Source of the DNA: Podarcis erhardii
Taxonomy: Eukaryota
NCBI GenBank assembly: GCA_964252035.1
Contig: OZ176207.1
Direction: 5' to 3' (one strand)
DNA length: 64,000 bases
Positions 1-51,700 of this stretch are shown in pieces; the stretch's first letter is position 1; the number at the start of each line of letters is the position of its first letter. Below the pieces are notes generated by a model. The model had not been told where the DNA came from. It saw only the letters and a program-made list of their open reading frames with translations, and ran no database searches. A program made the position numbers and the translations under genes.

Positions 1-1279
1 CATCTAAAATATGTGATTTAATCTTTGGGAGACTATCTACAGCCTACTGCAGAACATTCAGAGCAAGATGCTTTTCCATATCCTTGGATAGCATTTATAT
101 TAACCCATCATTGCCTTATCCTCCCTAAACAGCCCCCCAATTTATAGAAATCTCACAGACATATCAAGCACTGTCCTGGTTATTAACTGAATGGTCCCAA
201 TGAAGTTTCAGAAAAGAAAAGTTCATGCATACTGCGAAGTCTGCACCAAAATGAGTAATATTCATATTACAGAAGCTATTGTTCCTATTTATCTTAAAAC
301 TCTCTGCTGTATATTCCCTTTTTGCAAGGTGGCATTTAAGTCCAATTACTAGACTTAAAATGTTAAATTCTAGCCTACAGATAGAATGGTTTTCTTTTGC
401 AAGTATACAAATAATAATGTCTGTCACCATTCTAAAAACTGTTCTCTCAGTTGAAGGGATTATGGCCGAGATCCTGAAAGCCTCTCAGGCCGAAAGAAGG
501 GCTTGCTATATTACGCAGTGCGTTTTCTTTTCATTACTAGCAACAGCCTGTACTATCTTCAGCACCATCACATTGGGAGTTTTCCCCATTTGTGGAGGCG
601 GCTTTTCAGGAGGCCAATTCTAGAAGGCACCCCTGCTATGTATGTGGAGGCTACAAGCAGCCCTTTAAAATCAGCAACTTTTGTAATAATCCTCATTCTC
701 CTTTAAACTAATGTGGGACAATAAGAAAACCATACAAAATTATAGGCTTTCAGATTTTAGAGGCATTTTGTAATACTGAAACACTATTCATTTATTGTGC
801 TGATTTTTAAAAATTCCTGTACCTAGCTCCGAGGCTTAGCTTGCTTTTGCAATTTATTACTGACACTACTATGAAAACGTATTTAAAACAAATACAATTT
901 AGAGAATTAAAAATATTTATACATGAAAGCAGCTGACTGTATAAAAATCAACAGTGAAATTAGAGTTCATACATATAAAATAAAAATACCAACAGGAAAT
1001 TGTCCCTTTAACATAAAGGGGTTGGGGAGAAAAAGAAAGGCAAAAGATATAAAAAAGACTGCATTGTTAATTAACCTAAACTTGGTTTAGCTTTCTTGAT
1101 AGGAGAGGTTGACCACTCAAATACTGATTTGTATTGTCAGTCTAAGCACTTACAATGCAACAACTCCATAGCATTAGAAATGTTTTCAGGACAAACTTTA
1201 GCTGCCACTAAAGCTTATGAAGATTCAATGAGCAAAATGTAGTAATAATATGACAAGCTACTGTAAGACACTTTATATT

Positions 1280-41800
<40,521 letters not shown>

Positions 41801-43538
41801 GTTTCCGCTTTCCCTTGAAAACTTTCCAAAAAGGTAAACGGGGATCTTGTCTGAATTGAAAAGTGTTTAGGATTGTTAAGTACACCCGTATAGATTTTCA
41901 GCTGCTGTCCATGAGGACTATAGATGCCAGGATCCCCATAACACTGCTGCCCCTTTTAACCGGTATCATCTCATCACACCGAACGCGACCAAGATCTTTC
42001 ATCCAAAGCGTCCAACTGTTTTTTGATAGTAGCAAAAATGTCCAAATGTCTTGATAGTAGTAAAAGTCATTTAAAGATGATGGCTCTAAAACAAGACTAT
42101 TACACACCACTCTTATGTGCTTAATAGAGACAGATGCTAGTTCCATAAAATTTATGGGTTCTTGGTACACAAAACTCTGTCCAGGATTACAGCCTGAACG
42201 TATCGGGAAAATGATACTGTATGGGCAAAGTACTTGGTGCCAGCAAAGTTTTTATTAAGACAAAAATATATAACCTCAAGAAACCTGGTATTACAGGCAT
42301 GCCTTACAAATAATAATGTGTTCATTAACTTGTGTGTGTTTTTTTTTAAAAAAAAAAAGCTTTGGAGATTTTACTATTTCATCCACTGGAATTGCATTGA
42401 AAGATGTCATCCTTGCGGATATCCTTACTAATAATAGCCTGGTGATAACTTCCAGAGGACTAGCGGGTTAGCGGAGTCTGTAACCTGAAGCGTATGTAAC
42501 CTGAAGCGTATGTAACCTGAGGTACCACTGTAATGAGCTACAAAGAAGGGTCCGAGCAACGGCAGCTCATCCCGTCGTGGGGATTTGAACCACCGACCTT
42601 CTGATCGGCACTTAACTGTCAGGGGTCCTTTACTTTTACTTTTTACAAAAAAGGGTAAGTTACTATGAAACACAGCACACTCCGGATTGGATTGTAACAT
42701 TTTTATTATGTTGCCCAGAGAAATCTGTTGGTGCAAAAAGCAACCTTTTATTATGACATATATGCCTTTTTTGTACTAAAGTCCACAAGCTTTTGATTGT
42801 ATGTGTCGCACCAGCTGGCAGCCTTAGAAACTGTCAAACCAAATTCATTACTTTTCCCTTACCACTGAAAACAAAAAACAAGTACAATTCAAATTCCACC
42901 CAATAGATGGCAGATACTAGCCATCTAAAGTTGGGGCAGCAGGGGTGGGGGGGATTGTTTTAGAGTGAGAAAACTGCAGGTGGCAACCCCCATTGTTTTC
43001 TTTCAGGTCTTGGGCTTCACTGATTCCCTGAGGAAGCCCGATGCAATGTGTCCTGAGTATTAATTAGGGAACTCTATTGTTATACCCCTTCTGCCTCTTT
43101 AAAGAATAACTGGATACAAAGCTGCGTCAGTGTATGGTAGCTTTCCCAGCTGTGTGCATACAATACATTTCCTGATACGTAACAGCACCCTTCGTGCAAC
43201 ACATGTACAGCTTCCATTTTCATTCTGATTACCTAGCTAACAATTTCCTTTTAATGGTGCCTTTGTTGTTTTTCCTTATTGCTTCATGGTGCCTTCCTAG
43301 CATTCCATCCCAAGCCTATTACAGCTAGCCATTATTCAAATGTGCTGGTCTCAACTTTTGATTTGCTTTGTCATTCTATACATGATGGAATTTTCTTTTG
43401 CTTTGCAGGTGCATTCCATGTACCAACTGGGGGCTTAGCTTCTGACACTGAGTAGGTGGGGTGGATGGCTGAAGATGAGATATCATGTGACAGGAGCAGG
43501 GTTGTACAGCAAGACGAGATGTACACTGAACATTTATA

Positions 43539-43764
43539 CAGTGGTACCTCAGGTTAAGCACTTAATTCGTTCCGGAGGTCCGTATTTAACCTGAAACTGT
43601 TCTTAACCTGAAGCACCACTTTAGCTAATGGGGCCTCTTGCTGCTGCCACGCCGCCGGAGCACAATTTCTGTTCTCATCCTGAAACAAAGTTCTTAACCT
43701 GAAGCACTATTTCTGGGTTAGCAGAGTCTGTAACCTGAAGCGTATGTAACCTGAGGTACCACTG
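43539..43764. mobile_element. Tc1/mariner MITE (CAGTGGTACCTC family)
   Basis: Perfect TIR CAGTGGTACCTCAGGTTA; TA TSD. Confidence 0.9.
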
Positions 43765-44578
43765 TAATGAGCTACAAAGAAGGGTCCGAGCAACGGAAGC
43801 TCATCCCATTGTGGGGATTCGAACCACCAACCTTCTGATTGGCACTTAACTGTCAGGGGTCCTTTACTTTTACTTTTTACAAAAAAGCGTAAGTTACTAT
43901 GAAACACAGCACACTCTGTATTGGATTGTAACATTTTTATTATGTTGCCCAGAGAAATCTGTTTATGTAATAGCATATAAATGTTGTTATTATAAATGAA
44001 TAAATTTGTTTATCAGAGCAAAACACTTTTATAGATTTTACCATTTTCTTGCCTTTTTTTTTCTTGGCTCATAGTCATTGTGCTTTTTGTTCCCTCAAGG
44101 TTTTTCATGCTTTTGCGGTTGATGGCTCCCGTGACCAACTGCATTCTTTCTGCGACACCCCTGTGGGGCTCAGGAGCCCAGTTATGTCACCCCTTGCCTT
44201 CCCAGAACATGAAGGGGAATGAAGAGGGCAGAACAAAGAGGGACAAAATGAAGGTGCCTCAGGTTGCTAAGCAGGGACCCAGGGGAGGAGGAGCCTTAAA
44301 GTGCAGTGGACCTTCAGTCCTCATTGCGACAAGACCGACTAGGAAGAGCTGCTGTGCTCTTTAGGCCTGATCTGTTTTCTTTTTTTGGGTAAATAATTAA
44401 CTTTACTGACACCATGTGAGTTATTGCTGACCAGCTCCGGACCCCTGCCTTGACAAGAGCACATTCTTGGCATACAAAATGTCCCAGGTGCAATCTCCAG
44501 TTTAAAAAGATATCTAATAGCAAGTGGTGGTAAAGACCTCTGCCTGAGATCTTGGAGAGATCCTGCCAGTCTGTAGAC

Positions 44579-44696
44579 CAGGGGTAGCCAAAATCAGCCC
44601 TCCAAATGTGGAAGAACTCCCCATAAGTTCCAGGCAGCACAGAAAATAATTGTGATGAGAGATGTAGTCTGGAAGACACCAGATTAGCTGTCTCTG
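44579..44696. mobile_element. hAT MITE nested in a tRNA-derived SINE
   Basis: CAGGGGTAGCC...GCTGTCTCTG ends; TSD CTGTAGAC/CTGTAGAA (7/8); SINE-like sequence resumes on both sides. Confidence 0.65.
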
Positions 44697-44855
44697 CTGT
44701 AGAACATACTGGTCTGGGTAAACAAATAGCCTGACCTGGTATTTTTATTTTTTCTATTTATTTCATAAAATTTATATACTGCTTGATTGAAAAAAAAATA
44801 GCAAACAAACTTCCAAGTGGTTTATTGTCTCCAGCAGGGGGAGCTAACATGATTA

Positions 44856-45092
44856 CAATGGTACCTCAGGTTAAGTACTTAATTCGTTCCGGAGGTCCGT
44901 ACTTAACCTGAAACTGTTCCTGAAGCACCACTTTAGCTAATGGGGCCTCCTGCTGCTGCCACGCCGCCGGAGCACGATTTCTGTTCTCATCCTGAAGCAA
45001 AGTCCTTAACCCGAAGCACTATTTCTGGGTTAGCGGAGTCTGTAACCTGAAGCGTATGTAAACTGAAGCGTATGTAACCCGAGGCACCAATG
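44856..45092. mobile_element. Tc1/mariner MITE (CAGTGGTACCTC family)
   Basis: Near-identical interior to the 43539 copy; TA flanks. Confidence 0.85.
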
Positions 45093-45520
45093 TACTGTAT
45101 TTCCCATTCTGTCTGGAATTGATGGGTGTTGAGCCACAATGTGTGGAGGACCCCATGTTGACAGCCCTACCCACTTGAGAGTTGGCCACAGTTGGCTCTG
45201 GCCACTTGGCCCTGTGGACAATACCCAGCCAGATGGACCATACCTACAGTGGATGCCTACGGAGTTAAATTTGACTCTATATAAGGCATTTTCCTTGTTC
45301 CTACGTGCTTGGGGGATCATAGGCGCCGACTCCATGGGGCCTGAGGGGGCCCGAGCCCCCTCAAAAATTCGTTTGGGGGGCTCTGCCCCCCCAATAATTT
45401 AAGAAAATTATTAGTTATATTATGCTTTGTAAAATCACTCCTGAGGGAGAGTTACTTAGCGGTTCTGAGGAGCCGCTGTTGTTTCGGCAGGGGAAAAACC
45501 GCCGCCCGCGAACCGCCAAG

Positions 45521-45521
<1 letters not shown>

Positions 45522-45569
<48 letters not shown>
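45522..45569. repeat. (CT)n microsatellite directly 5' of the captured ATP1B3 ATG
   Basis: Direct reading. Confidence 0.95.
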
Positions 45570-45572
<3 letters not shown>

Positions 45573-45675
45573 ATGGCCAAGGAGGAGGAGAAGCCCTTCA
45601 GCCAGTCTATGGCCGGAGGTTCATCTACAACCGCCAACAGCGGCGAGTTCCTGGGGCGAACGGCCAAGAGCTGGG
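45573..45675 (+). pseudogene. ATP1B3: Captured, non-processed exon 1 of Na,K-ATPase beta-3 with donor and intron-1 start
   Basis: MAKEEEKPFSQSMA...[13 protein letters not shown]|gtgag, with FIYN in the adjacent frame. Matches the ATP1B3 N-terminus as I recall it (human [37 protein letters not shown]), including the phase-1 intron position. No further ATP1B3 exons seen in the window. Confidence 0.9.
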
Positions 45676-46269
45676 GTGAGGAGGGCGGGCAGGCGAGCGA
45701 GCGAGCGAGCAGGGAAGGGAGGGGAGGGGGCGGCCGGCACGAGGGGCGGTGGGAGGCGCGGCGCGGCGGGCACTTGCCTTGCCCACCACGCATCTCTCTC
45801 CTTCTCGGTCTCTCTCCCTCCCTCAGCTGGCGAGGGGGCCACGAGGCGGGCGGCAGCAGCAGCAACGGGCCGGGAGCGGCTCTTAGAAAACTTCCCGGGG
45901 CAGGACCCCGGTATGGGCCACCCCAATATTTTTTATAAGTCGGCGCCCCTGAAGTCGACGCCCCTGTGGGGGATTCCTGCAGCCATCTGGTTTGCTTCTG
46001 TAAAAATCTGAGTCCTGGACTAAATGGATAATTGAGGCATTAAACTGTTAGGCATATGGTACTTTCAGTGAGACTGCCAAAAATCCTGATAGCTGAAAGG
46101 CACGGACAGTACTGAAAATGGGATTTGAAAATCATTAATCCGTGAAGAGATCAGCCACGCAACCCTGCAACTTCTTGCAGACACGTCGATTTCAATGTCC
46201 AGAATAACCAAAAGCATCAAAGCTAATATTTGGACAGAGGTCTTTCCAGTAGCTGCCAATGTTGTTTTT

Positions 46270-47300
46270 TTAGCGCGTGTGGCCTCCGCAACAAAGGCCG
46301 ATCGAGCCACGTCCCCAGGAAACGGATAGTGTCCGGATAACCAGCGTCACGGCCTGGTTGCCACGAGCAGCTTACCCCCAATTCAGCTTCGACGTTTGCA
46401 ATCGGGATAAAGGTCGGTCTGCACAGAGAGGAAGGAGGGCCAATCAATGCCCGCGTCCTGCCGATTGCCAGAAGGCCGGCTCCAGCCTCAATGCCCACCC
46501 ATCCTCCCCAGGGAGAGAAGGGGGAGCGAGGGCGGAGCAGCGTGTCCCGCTATGCCCTGTGGCGAAGCAGCGACGGAGGCGGAGAGCTTCTTGCTGCTGC
46601 TGGTGCTGCTGCAGCCGCTGCAGGTGGCTGCTTTTCTCGGATCCTTCCGGAGGGGGCGCTATCCTGCTTGGGCTCAGCCTCGACGGCAGCAGCAGCAGCA
46701 GCAAGACCACCAGCATCCTAGGCGTGCCGCGCGCTTCCCCGGGGCTGTGATGTAAGCTGCGGCCGCGCAGCTCGGCGGCGACTTCTGGAGAGATGAACCT
46801 GCAAGGGCTGACCCGCGGGGTGTCCTTCTATCTGGAGAGCCGCGTCCGGGAGGGGCTGCTGGCTTCCGGCGTCGGGTGGTCCCTGGTGCTGTGCTTCGGG
46901 GCCGCTTACGCCTGCTATTACCTCAGCAGCATCGCCAAGGTAGGGGGGGGGGGGGCTTCTCGCGTCCCTGGGGAAGCGGGGCCGACCCCGGCCAATGGAG
47001 GAGGGAGCCGCAGGAAGCGGAAAAGGCCAGCCGAGGTCAGCGCCAGGCTAAGCCCATCTTTGAAATAAGCAGGGCTATTGTCCTTGGCTCGCCTCGCGTG
47101 CAGAGGCAGCGGAGGGAGCCTTTGCAGCGCGCGGCGCCCTATTGCAGGTCGATGGCTGCTGGACTAGTTTGAGGGGCGGGGGGGGGGCGTCCCTTTTCGT
47201 TTTCACTGGGAAGGAGTGAAATGCAGGTCAGTTTGACTTTGAGTTCCCCGCTGGCTGGGCAACCTGGTGCTTCGGAATTGCGCAGCGCATATTCCAGGTG
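46270..47300 (+). promoter_or_regulatory. ABHD3 CpG island / promoter, probably bidirectional
   Basis: CpG-dense; NF-Y GGCCAATCA (CCAAT 46440-46444) and a second CCAAT near 46992; GC boxes; contains exon 1. Confidence 0.8.
46793..46939 (+). CDS. ABHD3: ABHD3 exon 1 coding part
   Basis: [49 protein letters not shown]|gtaggg; in-frame TGA at 46748 precedes the ATG. Confidence 0.95.
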
Positions 47301-50300
47301 AAAAGCAAGGTGGAAGGGGGGGAAAGTGAAATGTCAAACCTGGGGTAAAACATGTAGAATTATATACACTGTTTTATACAAACAATCACACTTTACATGA
47401 GGAGTTGAGGTCTCCTTCAGGATGTGTATAGTTTTACTTTTGCCTCCTAAGAAGAACCCAGCTGGAGCAGAGAGACCAGAGGTCTAGCTAGTTAGGGACC
47501 TTGTTTTGCCAACCCAGTGCCTCAGGGAACCTCCATTCTCAGGGCAGGAAGGCAGTAGCTCCTCTCCTCTTCTTGTTCCTCGGCAAGGAATACTCAGTTG
47601 AACCTGTGGGTTGCATCTGTATGCTTCATGACTAGTAGACATTGATAGACCTATCCTTTCACAACACCTCAAATAGTTTGTGTAAAAGTACATTCCGTGG
47701 TGACAAACTCATGAGTCGTACAGGCGTTTTTCAGGATTCACAATTCAGCTGAGTGCAGCAAAAGGCTGTCAGTGTAGAAAACTACACTGGCAGAAAATGG
47801 CAAGTGGGCTATTTGAACTCATACGGGCAGTGTGTTTCCAGGCTGAAGCCCCAGAAAAAATATTCTCTCTCTCATTGCCACATTCTAGATCAGAGCCCCA
47901 AACTGTGGCTTGAGCTTTACCCAGGTGGCCCACAACATGTCTGTAATAATACAATTGGTGGTATGGGTTTCTGTATAATTAGGAAGTGATGAAGGGACAT
48001 GTAAAGTGAGGCTGTAGTAAATTAGGAAGAACGTTCTGTGAAAATAAGTTTTTAGGAAGAACCTGAAGAAGGGGAATAGCTTGAGCAAAGAATGGATCTT
48101 GCTCCACCAAAGCCATGAATAAATGTAAGACTGCAGTATGATGTTCACTTACCCAGGAGCAAGTCACATTGAACACAGTGCCAACACACTTGCCTTTTTC
48201 TCGCTTTAGAAACCTCAGCTGGTGACTGGCAGCAAAGGCTTATCCTGTTTCCTACAGGACCATTGCCCTGTGGTGACAGAAACATACTATCCCACTGTGT
48301 GGTGCTGGGAGGGCCGTATTCAGACTCTCCTTCGCCCTTTCATCACATCTCGACCATCTGTGCAATACCGGAAGTAAGTGCCTCTGTCCTTCGAAACCTT
48401 TCTTCTGTGAATTATTTACGAAGGTTCAATCATATTCTTTATAGATTGGTTCTGTACTGTTACCTCTAACATAAGATCTTAGTGTGGTGTACTGTGCTAC
48501 GTTAGGCCCCTTCAGGAGTTGCCTTCCACATGTGTTGGGTGGAAGTTCAGCTTGAAGGGGAAAACCTATGCACATTTAGCTGAATGTGCACAGTCAGGAT
48601 TCACAATCGCACAGGTTCCACATTGCATAGACAAGCCTGTATGCATTCAGCCAAAATGCCCATGGGGGTGCATGGAAGTCTGAGGGCAGAGCTGGTACAA
48701 GTGGAGTCATTGGGATGGGGACGGCACATATTGCCCTGCCCCACCCCTCTTCACACCATTATGGAACATGTGGAAGGTAACTTCTGAAGGAGTAAGTGTA
48801 TTCATACATATATGAGAACTGGCCACACTTCTGAGCATCATATGTTATTGTAGCTAGTGTCTTTGAGGCACTTCCAGTATCCTGAAGAGCTAGTCTGTAT
48901 GCACATGACAAACCTCTGGGCTCGGAAAAGGCATCAGACTGGTGGAAGGCCGTCTATTTTCTAAGGATCCCTGAGAATTTGCTGTAATTCCAGTTAAGTG
49001 GGAAGTTTTACTTTCTATTTAAGGGGTCTCTGATATTTATTTAGCATGGGAATAAATGGCTCTTCCATTGTTAACGGGGATGTGGGTGCAAAAGAGCTAT
49101 GTAACAAGAGCCCACTTGGCAACAGAAGTTTTTCCCACACATTTAGTTCATACAGTATTCTGTTGGAGAAAGCAGACCTAAAACTGGCTACTAGGTTTCC
49201 TTTTCAGAGCTTTTGCACTTAAGCAAAGTGGTCAGATGTTTGCTCCTCAGTAGTGGTACACAGCAGCTGCTAGACAGAAGCAGCACAGATGTTTTTATTT
49301 TGGCATCTTAGTCATGTGTTTGCTCACACTGTTCTGCTTATGCAGCAGTAAGTTTTTAGAACTGACTTAATAGTTTCACCTTGGTTGCCCTTTTTTGCTA
49401 CTGTACATTAAATTAATGCATATAGAAAGATGTTCAATCATTTTTTAAAGAATTGCAGACAGAGAAGCAAAGCAGATTTTTTTTTACCTCCCTCTCCATC
49501 CCTATATGTGCTTACTCACCTTAGTCTAACCAAGGAGTCCACTTGATGGACCTTGACCTGCATGCGTGAATGTCAGGGAACTGACATCAGAGCGAGAGGT
49601 GGAGGCAAGGCTCCAAAACGATGCAGGAGAGGGAACCAGCAGGGGGGAAGGAATTCAGCGTAACACCAGTAGAGAAGAGAAGGAGATGGAGGATTTGGAG
49701 ACAGGGCTCCAAGACCCTTCACCAGAGACTAGTGGGGAGAGCGCTGACACGCCTCTGCCTTCCCCTTACTTGTGCAGACGAGTTCCGCGCAGGGAAAGTA
49801 GGAGGAGACTTGGCGTCAAACAGCTCTTATGCTGGAAGAGGTTCAAGAAACGCCCACTGACGGATTCTGCAAGTGACTGACCGGCCACGGAGTGTGGGCT
49901 GTCAGCCAAGGCACGGTGAGCCAGGCAATCTAACCGAAGTTGAAGACAACTTACGCACAAGTAACCCTTTACAACCATTACAGTGAACTAGATGCACAGC
50001 CACATGCATGCCTGAATGCAGATGCTCTCTGTCTGCACTTCATGGTTTTCAGCTGAATGTGCATTTGGATTCATGTTCTGGAGAGGGAAGCATGTTTGAA
50101 AGTGTATCTGAACGCATCTTCCACAAAAAGCAGTGTTATCCAGTTAGAGCACATCTGATTTAGACCTACTGTTCTTGATCTAGCCAATGAACTATGCATG
50201 GAAACCTGTTTCCTTGTGTGGATTTGATCAGGTTGGCTGACTCCATGAGACCAGTTCTAATGACAGCACATGCAGTTTCAGGAAACCAGGAAGCACCTGC

Positions 50301-51668
50301 TGCTCTAACAACTGCCACTGATCCTCCTCACAACTTGAGAAGAAGAGCTTCAGCAGGTTTCCTGTGGAGACTGGGCTGTGAGATTGTGCACCTTAGGGCA
50401 TGGGTTGAGGCTAACACCTGACTTGAGCCATTATTGACATTGCAAGGGGCATTCCATCCCACAGTTTAAAGGATCTGGGAAAGATAATTGGGCTCTCAGC
50501 TGCATATTATCCCGGACCAGTTCATTCCCCATTTTAAGACCCAAGCTGAAGGAAACAAGTAGCCAGCTGTGCCTTGTCTTCCAGCCAGCTGGTTGAGGCC
50601 TCATGCCTGCCTGCTATTTTCTGCTGCCAATGTTTGGAGACAGCATGGAAGCAGTGTGAATTACAGCCCTGACCCCCCCCCCCCATTTTTTTAAGCAACA
50701 ACACAACTTTCTTGCATACCTTGAGGAGTTGTCCTAAGGTGGGGCCTCTTTTTTCTCCCATTCTCCTACTCTCTGTGTCCACCCATGAAACATCTGATTA
50801 ATGAATGGGAGTGAAGGCGGTAGAGTTATTTTTTTCCCTTTATTGTTGTTTTTGCAAAGCTAATCATTGTTGGTTTTTCCAGTGAGCTTATTACAGCAAC
50901 CGATGGAGGGCAGATTTCACTGGACTGGTTTGACAATCATGATAGCATTCATTACCCAGATTCCAGCACCAGACCCACTATCCTCTTGCTGCCTGGCCTC
51001 ACGGGAACTAGCAAGGAATCCTACATTCTCCATATGATTCAGGAGAGCAAAACACTGGGCTACAGGTAAAAGCAGTTTGGCTTGCTAATGTTTCTGTTTT
51101 AACCACTCGGATTAAATCTGCACAAGCAGGAAGCCACAATCATATGTAGCGGGTAGAAGAGTAGCACAGACAGCGCTTGGAAACACTTTTTATCCCTTTG
51201 TTGGCCCTGACTTTCCATCCACCAGATCTGCCACAGGCTCCTTTGGTAGCTGTCTCTGTGACCTACTTCCAGTCTCCACTACCACTACAGAAGACCATCT
51301 CAAAGATGGTTCCTGACGTGTTGGGAAACTTCAATCAGGGATCCATGCAGACTTAGCTTGACTACGGTAAAGAACTGGTGACTACCTTAGCATAGTGGCA
51401 AAGAATATGAGCTGTGAAGTCCCTGGCTGAAATCTGACCATCCATGAACTCTGTTAGTGGACCTAGGCAAGTTACTGTTACTTAGCTTCAGTCTGCCAAC
51501 CTATCGGCACTAAGAGCATCTTAGTAATAATAATGAACTACTTGGCAAGGTTTACTGAGGTTATGTATGTGAAACACTTAAGGAAAGGTCAGTATTAACC
51601 AATACCTCTGCTTGTGTAGTTCAGACACCCCAGAAACTAAATGCAGGAGTATGGAAGACAGGGCAGGA

Positions 51669-51700
<32 letters not shown>

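Larger units (their letters stand above)
45318..45966. mobile_element. Non-autonomous hAT element (Pack-TIR-like) carrying an ATP1B3 exon-1 fragment
   Basis: Left TIR CATAGGCGCCGACT; right end revcomp CAGGGGCGTCGACTT, preceded by a second tandem copy CAGGGGCGCCGACTT; perfect 8-bp TSD TGGGGGAT at 45310-45317 and 45967-45974. Confidence 0.9.

Noticed and set aside
164-706. ORFs of 67-114 aa
   Set aside because: Within or antisense to the MIB1 3' UTR; no splice structure or homology
46065-47172. Cluster of ORFs around the ABHD3 start, some with poly-Q/poly-A runs
   Set aside because: GC-rich promoter/UTR with CAG/CTG tracts; only 46793-46939 matches a known protein
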